IMG/VR virus record: IMGVR_UViG_3300047444_000069 | Coordinates: 1 to 64,000 of that record | Reading direction: 5' to 3' (one strand) | DNA: 64,000 nucleotides | From: a virus | Lineage: Duplodnaviria; Heunggongvirae; Uroviricota; Caudoviricetes | Shown here: positions 18,492-27,210 of the stretch, piece by piece | Layout: the number at the start of each line of letters is the position of its first letter | How positions within the stretch are numbered: position 1 is the first letter of the stretch | The notes under the pieces: model-generated | Databases searched by the model: none | What the model saw: only the letters and a program-made list of their open reading frames with translations | What the model was told of the DNA's origin: nothing | Position numbers and translations under genes: made by a program

Positions 18492-18788
18492 ATGAATAAA
18501 GAACGCCGCAAGGCCATCTCGAAGGTCCATGAGGAATTCGACAATATCAAGTCCGACTATGACGAAATCATCGGTCGGTTCGATGACCTCAAATCCCAGA
18601 TCGAAGCGATTCGGGACGACGAACAGGAAGCCCGAGACAACCTTCCCGAGAACCAACAGGAAGGCGACAAGGGTCAAGCCATGACGGACGCCATCGAGAA
18701 CCTTGAAAGCGCCATCGAGACGATTGAATCCCTGATGGAAGTCGATATGGAATCCATCATCGACAACCTGAACAGCGCATCAGACTAA
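18492..18788 (+). CDS. hypothetical acidic coiled-coil protein
   Basis: 98 aa, D/E-rich. Confidence 0.45.
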   Translation: MNKERRKAISKVHEEFDNIKSDYDEIIGRFDDLKSQIEAIRDDEQEARDNLPENQQEGDKGQAMTDAIENLESAIETIESLMEVDMESIIDNLNSASD

Positions 18789-18819
18789 CCAACAACCAAG
18801 AACCTAAGAGAGCAAGATC

Positions 18820-19137
18820 ATGAGCAAGCGAGAAATCACCGTCAAATTGGACAGAAACAGCATCGCAGATGCAATGGAAGAAGCCGCATGGCGCGTCTTG
18901 TTTTGGCGCAGCATCCGATTCTTTCTGGCGATGGCTGGCGTCGTCTTGCTTGGCGTGGTCTTGTACTCGACGGGTGCGCTTGATGATGGTTCGAAGGTCA
19001 ACAATTGGGTTGAGAAGCACGACGCGGCCAAGAAAGAAGCCATCTACGGGAATTCGAAGACCGTAGAAGAACAGAATGTCGATCAACAGAACGAAATGTT
19101 GTGCCGCAATGGGTCACCCTATTGCGTGAGGAAGTAA
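18820..19137 (+). CDS. hypothetical membrane protein
   Basis: 105 aa; TM 'FFLAMAGVVLLGVVLY'. Confidence 0.45.
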   Translation: MSKREITVKLDRNSIADAMEEAAWRVLFWRSIRFFLAMAGVVLLGVVLYSTGALDDGSKVNNWVEKHDAAKKEAIYGNSKTVEEQNVDQQNEMLCRNGSPYCVRK

Positions 19138-19391
19138 GTCCTGAGATGTTTCTTTAGTGAGGAAAACATGATTTCATTGATGCGTAAGGCGATTCGCCTC
19201 TACAGCAATCCCGACAACACGAAGCAGCAGAATCGACGGATGCAGCGTCAATGGATACGAAGTATGGAGTTCCTTGGGGACCGCCATGTACTGCGCAAGA
19301 CTTCACCGCGCATGACGCCGGAAGACCCTCGAATCCTCCGCTGATCGGTATCCGGGCGATGGTGAAAATCATCGCCCAAACTTGTAGATTT

Positions 19392-19401
19392 GTGGTATAA
19401 T
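19392..19401 (+). promoter_or_regulatory. extended -10 (TGgTATAAT) candidate promoter
   Basis: 'cccaaacttgtagatttgTGgTATAAT'; contains CCCAAAC core; no clear -35. Confidence 0.35.
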
Positions 19402-19523
19402 ACGCAAGTTCGCTAGGGAAATTCACAGTCCCTACGTTGAGAAGTTCCTACCTGACGTACCCAATCCCTCTGCTGTGACCACTGCAAGAGAACTAGAAGA
19501 AGTAAAGAAGTTAGAACAACGAA

Positions 19524-20486
19524 ATGATCCTTATAGACTATAGCGGCACGGCCATCACACAGATCATGGGCGCGCTGCAAGGTGACAACACGGCTGTTAT
19601 TGAACCCGATACGTTCCGTCACCTGTACCTGTATAACCTGCTGGAAGTGAAGAAGAAGTACGGCAAGCGTTTTGGCAACATCGTGTTTGGCGTTGACAAC
19701 AAGCAGTACTGGCGCAAGGCGATGTATCCGCACTACAAGTGCTACCGGAAGAAGACCAAGGAAGATCAGGGCTACGACTGGAACATGATCCATCATTGCA
19801 TGGACACCCTGAAGGCCGAACTGACGGAAGTGTTCCCGTATCCGGTGATCGATGCGCCGTTCGCAGAGGCCGATGACGTGATCTACACGATGGCTGAATG
19901 GTCGCATCTGAATTCGGGCAAGGAAGATATGTTTGGTGAGCGTGAACCGGAACAGACGCTTGTCATCGCGTCAGATACGGACTTGGTTCATTGCCAGAAA
20001 TTCCCAGAAGTGAAACAACTGTCGCCCTATACCAAGGAACAGGTTTTGCCTGTCTTGGAACGGAGCGTGAAGGGCGTCAAAGAGAAGTACAAGGTTCCGT
20101 TGGATCACTTCCTGATCGATCACATCCTGACGGGTGATAGCGGTGACTCGATCCCGAATATCCTCACCGAAGACGACTTCTTTGCAAAGAAGCTGGCCGA
20201 CCCGGATACCAAGGTTCGACAAGCATCGGTCACTGCCAAGATCAAAGAGTTCTATCTGAACCAACTGGAAGAACACGGCGAGATTCGCGAGTACCGGTCC
20301 AAGGAAGAAGAAAAGAACTTCAAGCGCAACAAGCGTCTGGTCGATCTGGCAGAGATTCCGCAACGCGTGAAAGACAAGGTTCTGGCCGTGTATCATGAGC
20401 AAACTGGCAAGGACCGTTCGAAGCTGCTGGACTACTTCACGCAGCACCGTCTCAAAAACCTGTTGGACGACATTCAAGAATTCTGA
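19524..20486 (+). CDS. rnh: RNase H / 5'-3' flap exonuclease (T4 rnh-like)
   Basis: aligns by eye with T4 RNase H: 'LIDYSGTAI', 'VFGVDNKQYWRKAMYPHYKCYRKK', 'AEADDVIY', 'LVIASDTDLVHCQKFPEVKQLSP'. Confidence 0.8.
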   Translation: MILIDYSGTAITQIMGALQGDNTAVIEPDTFRHLYLYNLLEVKKKYGKRFGNIVFGVDNKQYWRKAMYPHYKCYRKKTKEDQGYDWNMIHHCMDTLKAELTEVFPYPVIDAPFAEADDVIYTMAEWSHLNSGKEDMFGEREPEQTLVIASDTDLVHCQKFPEVKQLSPYTKEQVLPVLERSVKGVKEKYKVPLDHFLIDHILTGDSGDSIPNILTEDDFFAKKLADPDTKVRQASVTAKIKEFYLNQLEEHGEIREYRSKEEEKNFKRNKRLVDLAEIPQRVKDKVLAVYHEQTGKDRSKLLDYFTQHRLKNLLDDIQEF

Positions 20487-20488
20487 TC

Positions 20489-20911
20489 ATGGCAAAACAC
20501 TACGGAATCCGGTACGGCTACGATGTCAGCGGCAGCGAGATTCAGCCGCGTGATGGCGAACGCATCCTCGATGAAGGCGAAGCACTACCCGAGAGATACA
20601 GACCTTGGCTGAACGGTTCCGGGTGGGTTTCGCCGCAGAAGTTGCATACGCATCCGGGCGCGAATCAGACGGCGTGCGTATTCGGGAATTATTGGGCCTA
20701 CGCGGTCCCCATCGAAGCGAGAGTACCGAAGGTCCAACATGTCGAAGAAAAGCCGCCTGAAGCGATTCTGGACGTTCCTGACGTGGTATCTGAGTCCACG
20801 CCTGAACCGATCCATGATCCTGCACCAGTCCTTCCCGAACCTATGAAGAAATCCCGGAAGCGCAAGTCGCTACCGTTCTTCGCGAACGAGATTGTGTTTG
20901 ATGATGATTGA
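20489..20911 (+). CDS. hypothetical protein with C-terminal 'SLPFFANEIVFDDD' (possible sliding-clamp-binding tail)
   Basis: 140 aa; C-terminus resembles T4 clamp-interaction motif (S/T)LDFL; position after rnh. Confidence 0.45.
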   Translation: MAKHYGIRYGYDVSGSEIQPRDGERILDEGEALPERYRPWLNGSGWVSPQKLHTHPGANQTACVFGNYWAYAVPIEARVPKVQHVEEKPPEAILDVPDVVSESTPEPIHDPAPVLPEPMKKSRKRKSLPFFANEIVFDDD

Positions 20912-21019
20912 TCACCTAGTGATCCGATTGGTGGAAGCGTATGCCGATCTGATCGATGCAGTCGAAGATTGGATTGACGACCTTCCACCTCCGTTTAGCT
21001 GGTTCTTACCATAAAGAAA

Positions 21020-21601
21020 ATGAAAAGAAAGTTTGTAGTGGCCGATCTTCACTTCGGTCACAAAGGCGTGTGTAAGTTCATGTCCCCGAACGGGGTCGAT
21101 AAGCTGCGACCGTGGGACGATACGGAATCGATGGATGATGCCTTAGTCGAAGCATGGAACAAGACCGTTGGCCCGGAAGATGAAGTCTACGTTCTGGGCG
21201 ATGTCACGATGAATCGATCAGCATTGCCGACTGTCGGGCGCTGCAACGGCAAGAAGCATCTTATCAAGGGCAACCACGATACCGCACCCATCGCTGAGTA
21301 CCTTGACTACTTCTATGAAGTGTCGGCGTGCCGCGCGTTGAAGGACATGATCCTGACGCACATCCCGATCCATGCTTCGGGTCTGGGGCGATTTGGCGTG
21401 AACGTCCACGGCCATCTTCATGCGTACAAGGTTGAGACGGTCTACGAAGATGAAGGCGGCGACCGCGAAGTGATTCCCGATCCGCGCTACATCTGCGTAT
21501 CAATCGAACAGACCAGATGGAAGCCGGTGTTGCTCGATTATGTACGAGACGAGATTCGAGCACGCAAAGAACTGTGGGGCGACAAGTTCTTTAGTGCATA
21601 A
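21020..21601 (+). CDS. calcineurin-like metallophosphoesterase
   Basis: 'DLHFGH', 'GDV', 'GNHD', 'GHLH' phosphoesterase motifs; 193 aa. Confidence 0.7.
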   Translation: MKRKFVVADLHFGHKGVCKFMSPNGVDKLRPWDDTESMDDALVEAWNKTVGPEDEVYVLGDVTMNRSALPTVGRCNGKKHLIKGNHDTAPIAEYLDYFYEVSACRALKDMILTHIPIHASGLGRFGVNVHGHLHAYKVETVYEDEGGDREVIPDPRYICVSIEQTRWKPVLLDYVRDEIRARKELWGDKFFSA

Positions 21602-21632
21602 ATAGGAAACACTAACGCACTACTGAGCAACC

Positions 21633-22349
21633 ATGAAACTCTACATCCCCGAAATTCTGCAACACGTCTCTGACGCATATAGCCATGCTGAGAAGGTAGC
21701 ATTCCTTCGTCAACATGCATCAGAACCGCTTGAACAAATCCTGCAATATAACTTCCATCCAGACATCAAGTTCAGTCTCCCGGAAGGTGATGCACCGTAC
21801 AAGAAAGAGAAGGACATTCCGGTCGGCAAGTCAGCCACGAACCTGTATCGTGAAGCACGACGCCTGTATATCTTCCTTCAAGGCTTTGCACCGAACCTGA
21901 AGCCGTTCAAGCGTGAACAGCTTTTCATCGAACTGCTGGAAGGTATCCACTGGTCCGAAGCGGATATGTTGATCGCCGTCAAGGATAAGAAGCTTCAAGA
22001 CCTGTATCCGGGCGTGACGTATGAATGTGCGCGTGATGCGTTTGCTCGGCTGCTTCCTGTTGAACCGCCGAAGAAGATCGTGAAGGCAATCAAGCTGGCG
22101 ATCCCTGACCTTGATGCAGAACTGGCAAAGGAAAAGGTGGAACAAGAAGCCCTCCCTTTAGCACAACCGGTGTCATCTACTCCGACGACAGTGGATTCAG
22201 CTTCGGATACAGTGACGCCGACAGCACCGAAGGAAAAGAAGCCGATGTCGGAAGCGATGAAGGCCGGTTTGCTGAAGGCACAAGCAGCACGCAAGGCGAA
22301 CGCAGCGGCAAAACGCGCAGCGAAAGACCAAGCATCAAAAGCCGAATGA
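21633..22349 (+). CDS. hypothetical protein with Lys/Ala-rich C-terminal tail
   Basis: 238 aa; C-terminal 'AARKANAAAKRAAKDQASKAE' histone-H1-like. Confidence 0.5.
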   Translation: MKLYIPEILQHVSDAYSHAEKVAFLRQHASEPLEQILQYNFHPDIKFSLPEGDAPYKKEKDIPVGKSATNLYREARRLYIFLQGFAPNLKPFKREQLFIELLEGIHWSEADMLIAVKDKKLQDLYPGVTYECARDAFARLLPVEPPKKIVKAIKLAIPDLDAELAKEKVEQEALPLAQPVSSTPTTVDSASDTVTPTAPKEKKPMSEAMKAGLLKAQAARKANAAAKRAAKDQASKAE

Positions 22350-22473
22350 TCGATAGATTATTCGGACTCCTGACTACATTATTTGGTCGGGACGACTGGA
22401 CTACGGTCGATCCCAACACTGAACTAAAGGAATGGCTTGATACACGAAAAACAAACAACCAAGGCTTTGTTGA

Positions 22474-24006
22474 ATGAGCAAGCAATGTCCGCATTGCGAA
22501 TCTGCGAAGGTGCAGAGTCGCGGGACCAAAACCAATCAAGCGGGTAGCACACGAAACCGCTATCAGTGCATGGACTGCCTGAAGTGGTTCAGCACCGTGG
22601 TAAGTGAAGTGGTAGAACCGGAAGTCGTCGTTCCTCGATTCAGTTCCAGTACGCCCAAAGATTTCGAAGGATATGAACGCTTCGTCATCTCGGCTGTGCA
22701 GAACGACACATCGGTCAACAAGCAATTCCTTGAATCGCTGAAGCGGTACTGCGAAGTCAACAAGGCCAAATTGATCCTTGTGCCGATCACCTGCAAGGCG
22801 AACGACGACTCACAGTACTGTGTCGATCCTGAATTGCTGGTGACGCAAGATGTGTTGCTGTCGAAGAAGCTTCGTCTGTTGGCCCATGTGCAGATCAGTC
22901 CGACCATCGCAACGCCGTTGGCTGGTATGGATGAACAGAGCAAGGGCAACAGCCTGATTATCGCGCATCCACAGCTTCAGATGCGGACCCTTGCGACACT
23001 CGAAGACTCTCCGATCCAACTTTGGACCACTGGTGCGATCACTTATGACAACTATGCACAGACGAAGACAGGCGAAAAGGCGAAATTCAACCATTCGCTT
23101 TCTGCCCTTGTCGTTGAAAAAGACCATAATCAGTTCTACTGTCGTGTCCTTAATTGCGACGACGATAATGGATTCTACGACCTCGATCTATATTACAGCC
23201 CGACCGCCGTTCGTTCGACGGGCCAAGTAGAAGCCCTGATTACGGGCGATGAACACGCGATGTTCACGTCTCCCGAAGTGAAGGCCGCGACCTACACTGG
23301 CGAGGGTTCGTTGACGAATCTGTTGAGGCCCAAGAAGATTGTGCGCCACGATGTGCTGGACTTCTTCACTGGTTCGCACCATCACCAACACAGCTTCCTG
23401 CTTCAGTACGCAAAGCACAAGACTCGAACGAATATCGTTGAAGATGAACTGACGCTGACCTTGCGCTACATCGCAGAGACGACGCCATCGTATGCGGAAA
23501 ACATCATGGTCGCATCGAATCACGTTGAGCACATGAACAAGTGGCTTGACACGATTGATCCGAAGACTGAAGTTTGGAATGCCAAGCTTTACTACCGGAT
23601 GATGTACCTGATGCTGGAACACATTGATAGGAATGGCATCGACATCCCGAACGCGTTCCAGATGTGGGTCGAAACTACGTCACATGATTTCGATGAACCG
23701 AAGCTTCGCTGGTTGGGTCGCAATGAACCGTTCAAGATTCATGGCATCGAACTGTCGAATCACGGCGACATGGGTATCAACGGTTCGCGTGGTAGTCCCA
23801 CACAGTTCAGCCGTCTGCCTGACAAGATGGTAGTTGGACACAGCCACAGCCCGAGCATCATGAAGGGTTGCTACACGGTCGGAACATCGACTGGTCGGTT
23901 GGAATACACGAAGGGTCCGTCCTCATGGGCGAACAGCCATGTCGTGATCTATCCCAACGGAAAAAGGCAGTTGGTCACGATCATCAACGGCAAGTATCGT
24001 CTTTAA
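22474..24006 (+). CDS. metallophosphoesterase with N-terminal zinc ribbon
   Basis: 'CPHC...CMDC' ribbon; 'ITGDEHA', 'SNHVEH', 'SNHGDMG', 'GHSHSP' phosphoesterase motifs; 510 aa. Confidence 0.6.
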   Translation: MSKQCPHCESAKVQSRGTKTNQAGSTRNRYQCMDCLKWFSTVVSEVVEPEVVVPRFSSSTPKDFEGYERFVISAVQNDTSVNKQFLESLKRYCEVNKAKLILVPITCKANDDSQYCVDPELLVTQDVLLSKKLRLLAHVQISPTIATPLAGMDEQSKGNSLIIAHPQLQMRTLATLEDSPIQLWTTGAITYDNYAQTKTGEKAKFNHSLSALVVEKDHNQFYCRVLNCDDDNGFYDLDLYYSPTAVRSTGQVEALITGDEHAMFTSPEVKAATYTGEGSLTNLLRPKKIVRHDVLDFFTGSHHHQHSFLLQYAKHKTRTNIVEDELTLTLRYIAETTPSYAENIMVASNHVEHMNKWLDTIDPKTEVWNAKLYYRMMYLMLEHIDRNGIDIPNAFQMWVETTSHDFDEPKLRWLGRNEPFKIHGIELSNHGDMGINGSRGSPTQFSRLPDKMVVGHSHSPSIMKGCYTVGTSTGRLEYTKGPSSWANSHVVIYPNGKRQLVTIINGKYRL

Positions 24007-24536
24007 GCCGCTGGTGTAGCGCGCTTCAGAACATCGTCCTTATGTCCTTCGTACTTGACCGGCACATGATGCTGGTTGAGTACGACTGTCATACCATTGG
24101 CTGTGTAGCCGTGGTATCCATGATCAAGGACGGCGCGTTCGAAGTCGTTGCCTTTTTCTTCACCGTTGTATTTGTGAGTTTCCGCAGTCTTGTTGATCGC
24201 AGCACGTTCGTCTGAATGTGCCGTCACAGGATCATAAATGCCATGCAGCGTTGCGCTGTGTACGTGCATCCCCAGACCGCCTTCATGCACAGGCGGCAAT
24301 GCGCCATGTTCGGACTTGTTGTGGTTATAGAAATATACCCTCGACTTGATCCGGTCATCCTTCGTCCACTGAAGGCGCTTCCCTTCTTCTCCCTTGATTC
24401 CCTTCCCAGAATAGCGACCGTCCAGATGGTCGAGTCCCGGCTTATTCGAATAGTGAATGCCGTGGACAGTCGCGCCCTTCGTCGGCGCAGCTTCCTCGCG
24501 TTCGGCAAGGAACGATCTAAAAGTTTTCATTGACAT
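24003..24536 (-). CDS. His/Gly-rich protein (family member 1)
   Basis: 177 aa from 'MSMKTF'; SD GGGGG; many HG/HxH pairs; CTAAATA motif ~22 nt upstream on minus strand. Confidence 0.5.
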   Translation of the reverse strand: MSMKTFRSFLAEREEAAPTKGATVHGIHYSNKPGLDHLDGRYSGKGIKGEEGKRLQWTKDDRIKSRVYFYNHNKSEHGALPPVHEGGLGMHVHSATLHGIYDPVTAHSDERAAINKTAETHKYNGEEKGNDFERAVLDHGYHGYTANGMTVVLNQHHVPVKYEGHKDDVLKRATPAA

Positions 24537-24559
24537 AGCCCCCAATGTTGTAGTATTAT
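24530..24559 (+). promoter_or_regulatory. sigma70-like promoter TTGACA-15-TAGTAT
   Basis: drives 24593 gene; divergent from the minus-strand gene. Confidence 0.5.
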
Positions 24560-24592
24560 TTAGGTTCAATACAACACCGGGAGAGACGCCCC

Positions 24593-24892
24593 ATGAAGCA
24601 ATTTCTGATTTCGACATCCGGCAATGACCGGATCGGTAAGACCGACACCTTCGCAACCGTGCTGGACAATGCGGCCCCGGCTGGTTCCTTGTCGTTGGTC
24701 CTTTCCACGACCTACAGCAAGGCCAAGAACCCCGACAGCCATCTGGTGCGACAGACGCTTCACTTCGCGACCAAGGTCGATCTGGCGAACTACGCGCGAT
24801 TCCTTCAGCGGGCGGCTGGCGAAAGTCAACCCTCGACACCACAAGAGGACGACGAACTCAACGAACTACTGTCCCCTTCGTCGGAAAGTTGA
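24593..24892 (+). CDS. hypothetical protein
   Basis: 99 aa; SD GGGAGAG. Confidence 0.5.
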   Translation: MKQFLISTSGNDRIGKTDTFATVLDNAAPAGSLSLVLSTTYSKAKNPDSHLVRQTLHFATKVDLANYARFLQRAAGESQPSTPQEDDELNELLSPSSES

Positions 24893-24946
24893 AGTAGTGC
24901 GTTAAGTGTGGTAGTAAACAGACTCCCCAACAAAAAGGAAGAAGAC

Positions 24947-25156
24947 ATGGCAATCGTCACGGTGGATGATCTGATCGCCGCACTTTCAAAGTTCGATGGT
25001 TCGAAGCTGGTTAAGGTGCAGGATCGAGAAATACCTGTCATTGCGCTGAACGCCAGTGGTGTCTATGAAGATGTATTTCTGAACAAAGATGGGAAAAACA
25101 TTGACATCGTATTGATCACCGTCCAACGTGATCTGGACGAAAGCCAAGGCCGATAA
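24947..25156 (+). CDS. hypothetical small protein
   Basis: 69 aa from 'MAIVTVDD'; SD AAGGAAG. Confidence 0.45.
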   Translation: MAIVTVDDLIAALSKFDGSKLVKVQDREIPVIALNASGVYEDVFLNKDGKNIDIVLITVQRDLDESQGR

Positions 25157-25212
25157 ACAACAGCCGCGATCAGCGATGGTCGCGGCATACAAAACTAGAA
25201 GGACAAGACAAA

Positions 25213-25680
25213 ATGAAAAAAGGTGAGATGCTTTCGAAGATGCTTCTTTTGGTAACAGAACGGTTTGACGGGAAGTACGATAAGTCCGGTCAACCATATG
25301 TGATGCATTTACTCAAAGTTCTTCATTATTGCAAGACTGACGACGAAGAACTTCAGTGCATCGCATTGGGTCACGATCTGGTCGAAGACACGCCGACGAC
25401 CTATGACGAATTGCGTCATGGCTTCGGTTTCTCGGAACGGATCATCACCGGTATCAAGAACATGACCAAGGTTCCGGGCGAGACGGAACGGGATTATCTG
25501 GACCGTCTGATGTCGGCCAAGGACTCCATCGTCGTGAAGCTGGCCGATCTTCGCCACAACAGCGACATCCGCCGTCTGAAGGGTCTGGCAGAGAAGGACT
25601 TCGCCCGGATGCAGAAGTACCACAGGATGTTCCTTGAACTGTCAGAACGTCTGACCGACGAATATGAAATTGCCGGATAA
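25213..25680 (+). CDS. HD-domain (p)ppGpp hydrolase-like small alarmone hydrolase
   Basis: 'ALGHDLVEDT' HD motif plus upstream His; 155 aa RelA/SpoT-type HD fold. Confidence 0.7.
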   Translation: MKKGEMLSKMLLLVTERFDGKYDKSGQPYVMHLLKVLHYCKTDDEELQCIALGHDLVEDTPTTYDELRHGFGFSERIITGIKNMTKVPGETERDYLDRLMSAKDSIVVKLADLRHNSDIRRLKGLAEKDFARMQKYHRMFLELSERLTDEYEIAG

Positions 25681-25683
25681 CAG

Positions 25684-25711
25684 TTGACAAGTATTCCCAA
25701 ACCTGTATAAT
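25684..25711 (+). promoter_or_regulatory. early promoter cassette TTGACA-16-TATAAT + conserved leader
   Basis: 'gTTGACAagtATTCCCAAACCTGTATAATcctttcatcgacaacacgaacGGGAG'. Confidence 0.65.
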
Positions 25712-25744
25712 CCTTTCATCGACAACACGAACGGGAGTAAACAA

Positions 25745-26101
25745 ATGGGACTGATCGTTGAAGTTTATCGCGGCGCACGCGGCCATGACTGTACCAACCA
25801 CGGCATCTCGTCGCGCTATGACGAACTCTGCCTGATGAACGTGGACGGACCTTTCGAACCGAACGAACTGAATGTCGCACCGGCATGGTTGGATTCGCAC
25901 TATCCGGGCTGTGCACGCATCATCCCGGCCATCAAGAAGAACGGCGTCTGGGTTCCGTACCCGGAAAGCCCGATGTACGGCGGAAACGTGGCCTGTACGT
26001 CCGACAGCCGGTTCTCGGAAGCCGTCGAAAAGCTTCTGGGACACAACTGGTACGGCGCGGTCAAGATTCACGACCGTTTCGAGACGGAACAAGAACTCTG
26101 A
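25745..26101 (+). CDS. hypothetical protein
   Basis: 118 aa. Confidence 0.5.
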   Translation: MGLIVEVYRGARGHDCTNHGISSRYDELCLMNVDGPFEPNELNVAPAWLDSHYPGCARIIPAIKKNGVWVPYPESPMYGGNVACTSDSRFSEAVEKLLGHNWYGAVKIHDRFETEQEL

Positions 26102-26110
26102 AGAAAGTAG

Positions 26111-26160
26111 TTGACACGAATTCCCACGTTTGGTAAGATTCTTCTTGTCCCAAACGTGGG
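26111..26160 (+). promoter_or_regulatory. early promoter TTGACA-17-TAAGAT with 11-bp inverted repeat bracketing the -10
   Basis: CCCACGTTTGG 26123-26133 / CCAAACGTGGG 26150-26160. Confidence 0.6.
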
Positions 26161-26183
26161 ACGAACTAATAGGAGATTAGCAC

Positions 26184-26495
26184 ATGGGCCAAAGCATCAA
26201 GCCGAAGTACGCACTGGAAGTCTACGAAACCCGTATGGTCGATGGTAAGCCGCGCAGCGTGCTGGCCTTCGAAGGTGCAACGTGGGACACCAAGCGTCAC
26301 GGTCGCCCGGATTCCAAGAACCTCGAAAAGTACGTGCTGGCATACGGCAAGTCGCTGGAAACGGGTGGTTCGAACTTCCACATCACGGAAGCTAAGGGTT
26401 ATGTCTCGTATCCGAATCGTGCGGTGATCCGCTTCAATCACTCGAATGGCGCAACGGTCGCGTCGTGGCAAGCACCCGCCTTCATGGTGTGGTAA
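26184..26495 (+). CDS. hypothetical protein
   Basis: 103 aa; SD AGGAG. Confidence 0.5.
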   Translation: MGQSIKPKYALEVYETRMVDGKPRSVLAFEGATWDTKRHGRPDSKNLEKYVLAYGKSLETGGSNFHITEAKGYVSYPNRAVIRFNHSNGATVASWQAPAFMVW

Positions 26496-26505
26496 GGGAG
26501 AGAAC

Positions 26506-26742
26506 ATGAACAAAGCGAAACTGATCGCAGACCTCAAGAGCATTCGTAAGGACGCCACGATGGGGACGGCCAACTTCAACCAAATCCCAACTGGTGAGAC
26601 GTTCACGTATCCAACCAAGGAATCCGAAGTCACGGCATTCATTGAAGAACGCACGCGACTCTGGCGCGATACGTGGATCGTCGGGATGCTCGATGAAGTC
26701 ATCAACGATCTGCAACGCGGCGCGGCCCGCTATCAGGACTGA
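26506..26742 (+). CDS. hypothetical small protein
   Basis: 78 aa; SD GGGAGAG. Confidence 0.45.
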   Translation: MNKAKLIADLKSIRKDATMGTANFNQIPTGETFTYPTKESEVTAFIEERTRLWRDTWIVGMLDEVINDLQRGAARYQD

Positions 26743-26752
26743 GGGAGAATTC

Positions 26753-26998
26753 ATGCGTTCTATCGGTCCTCACGAAGAACTGTCGGTCGGGACGAAGGTC
26801 CGGGTCGGCAACAAGTACGGTACGGTGGTGAGTGCCACGGTCAGACCGGCGCATCCGAGAGGAACCATCGTGGTCCATGAGATTCACTTCACGGAAGCTG
26901 TTCTGCGCGGGGTCGGGCGGATCAGGGCAAAACCCAAGGCGATGTCGAAACCCTACACATCATTCGTCAATTACTCTTTCATTTACGTTCTCGAATAA
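26753..26998 (+). CDS. hypothetical small protein
   Basis: 81 aa; SD GGGAGAA. Confidence 0.45.
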   Translation: MRSIGPHEELSVGTKVRVGNKYGTVVSATVRPAHPRGTIVVHEIHFTEAVLRGVGRIRAKPKAMSKPYTSFVNYSFIYVLE

Positions 26999-27004
26999 CA
27001 AAAG

Positions 27005-27196
27005 ATGCTAATAAGAATTGCACTGCTGTTCGCGCTGTTTGCGGGCGGTTTGTATGTCTTCCTGTCGTGCTTCGGAAAGATCGACAGGAAGACTTGGGGA
27101 ACCTTCTTCCGGGCGTTGATGAAGGTTCTCGTTTGTCTCATGTTCGGCGCGGCGGCAGTCGCCTCGCTTGGAATCGTTTCGCAACTTACCAACTGA
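27005..27196 (+). CDS. small membrane protein (2 TM)
   Basis: 63 aa, two hydrophobic helices. Confidence 0.4.
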   Translation: MLIRIALLFALFAGGLYVFLSCFGKIDRKTWGTFFRALMKVLVCLMFGAAAVASLGIVSQLTN

Positions 27197-27210
27197 TAAG
27201 GTAAAACAAT

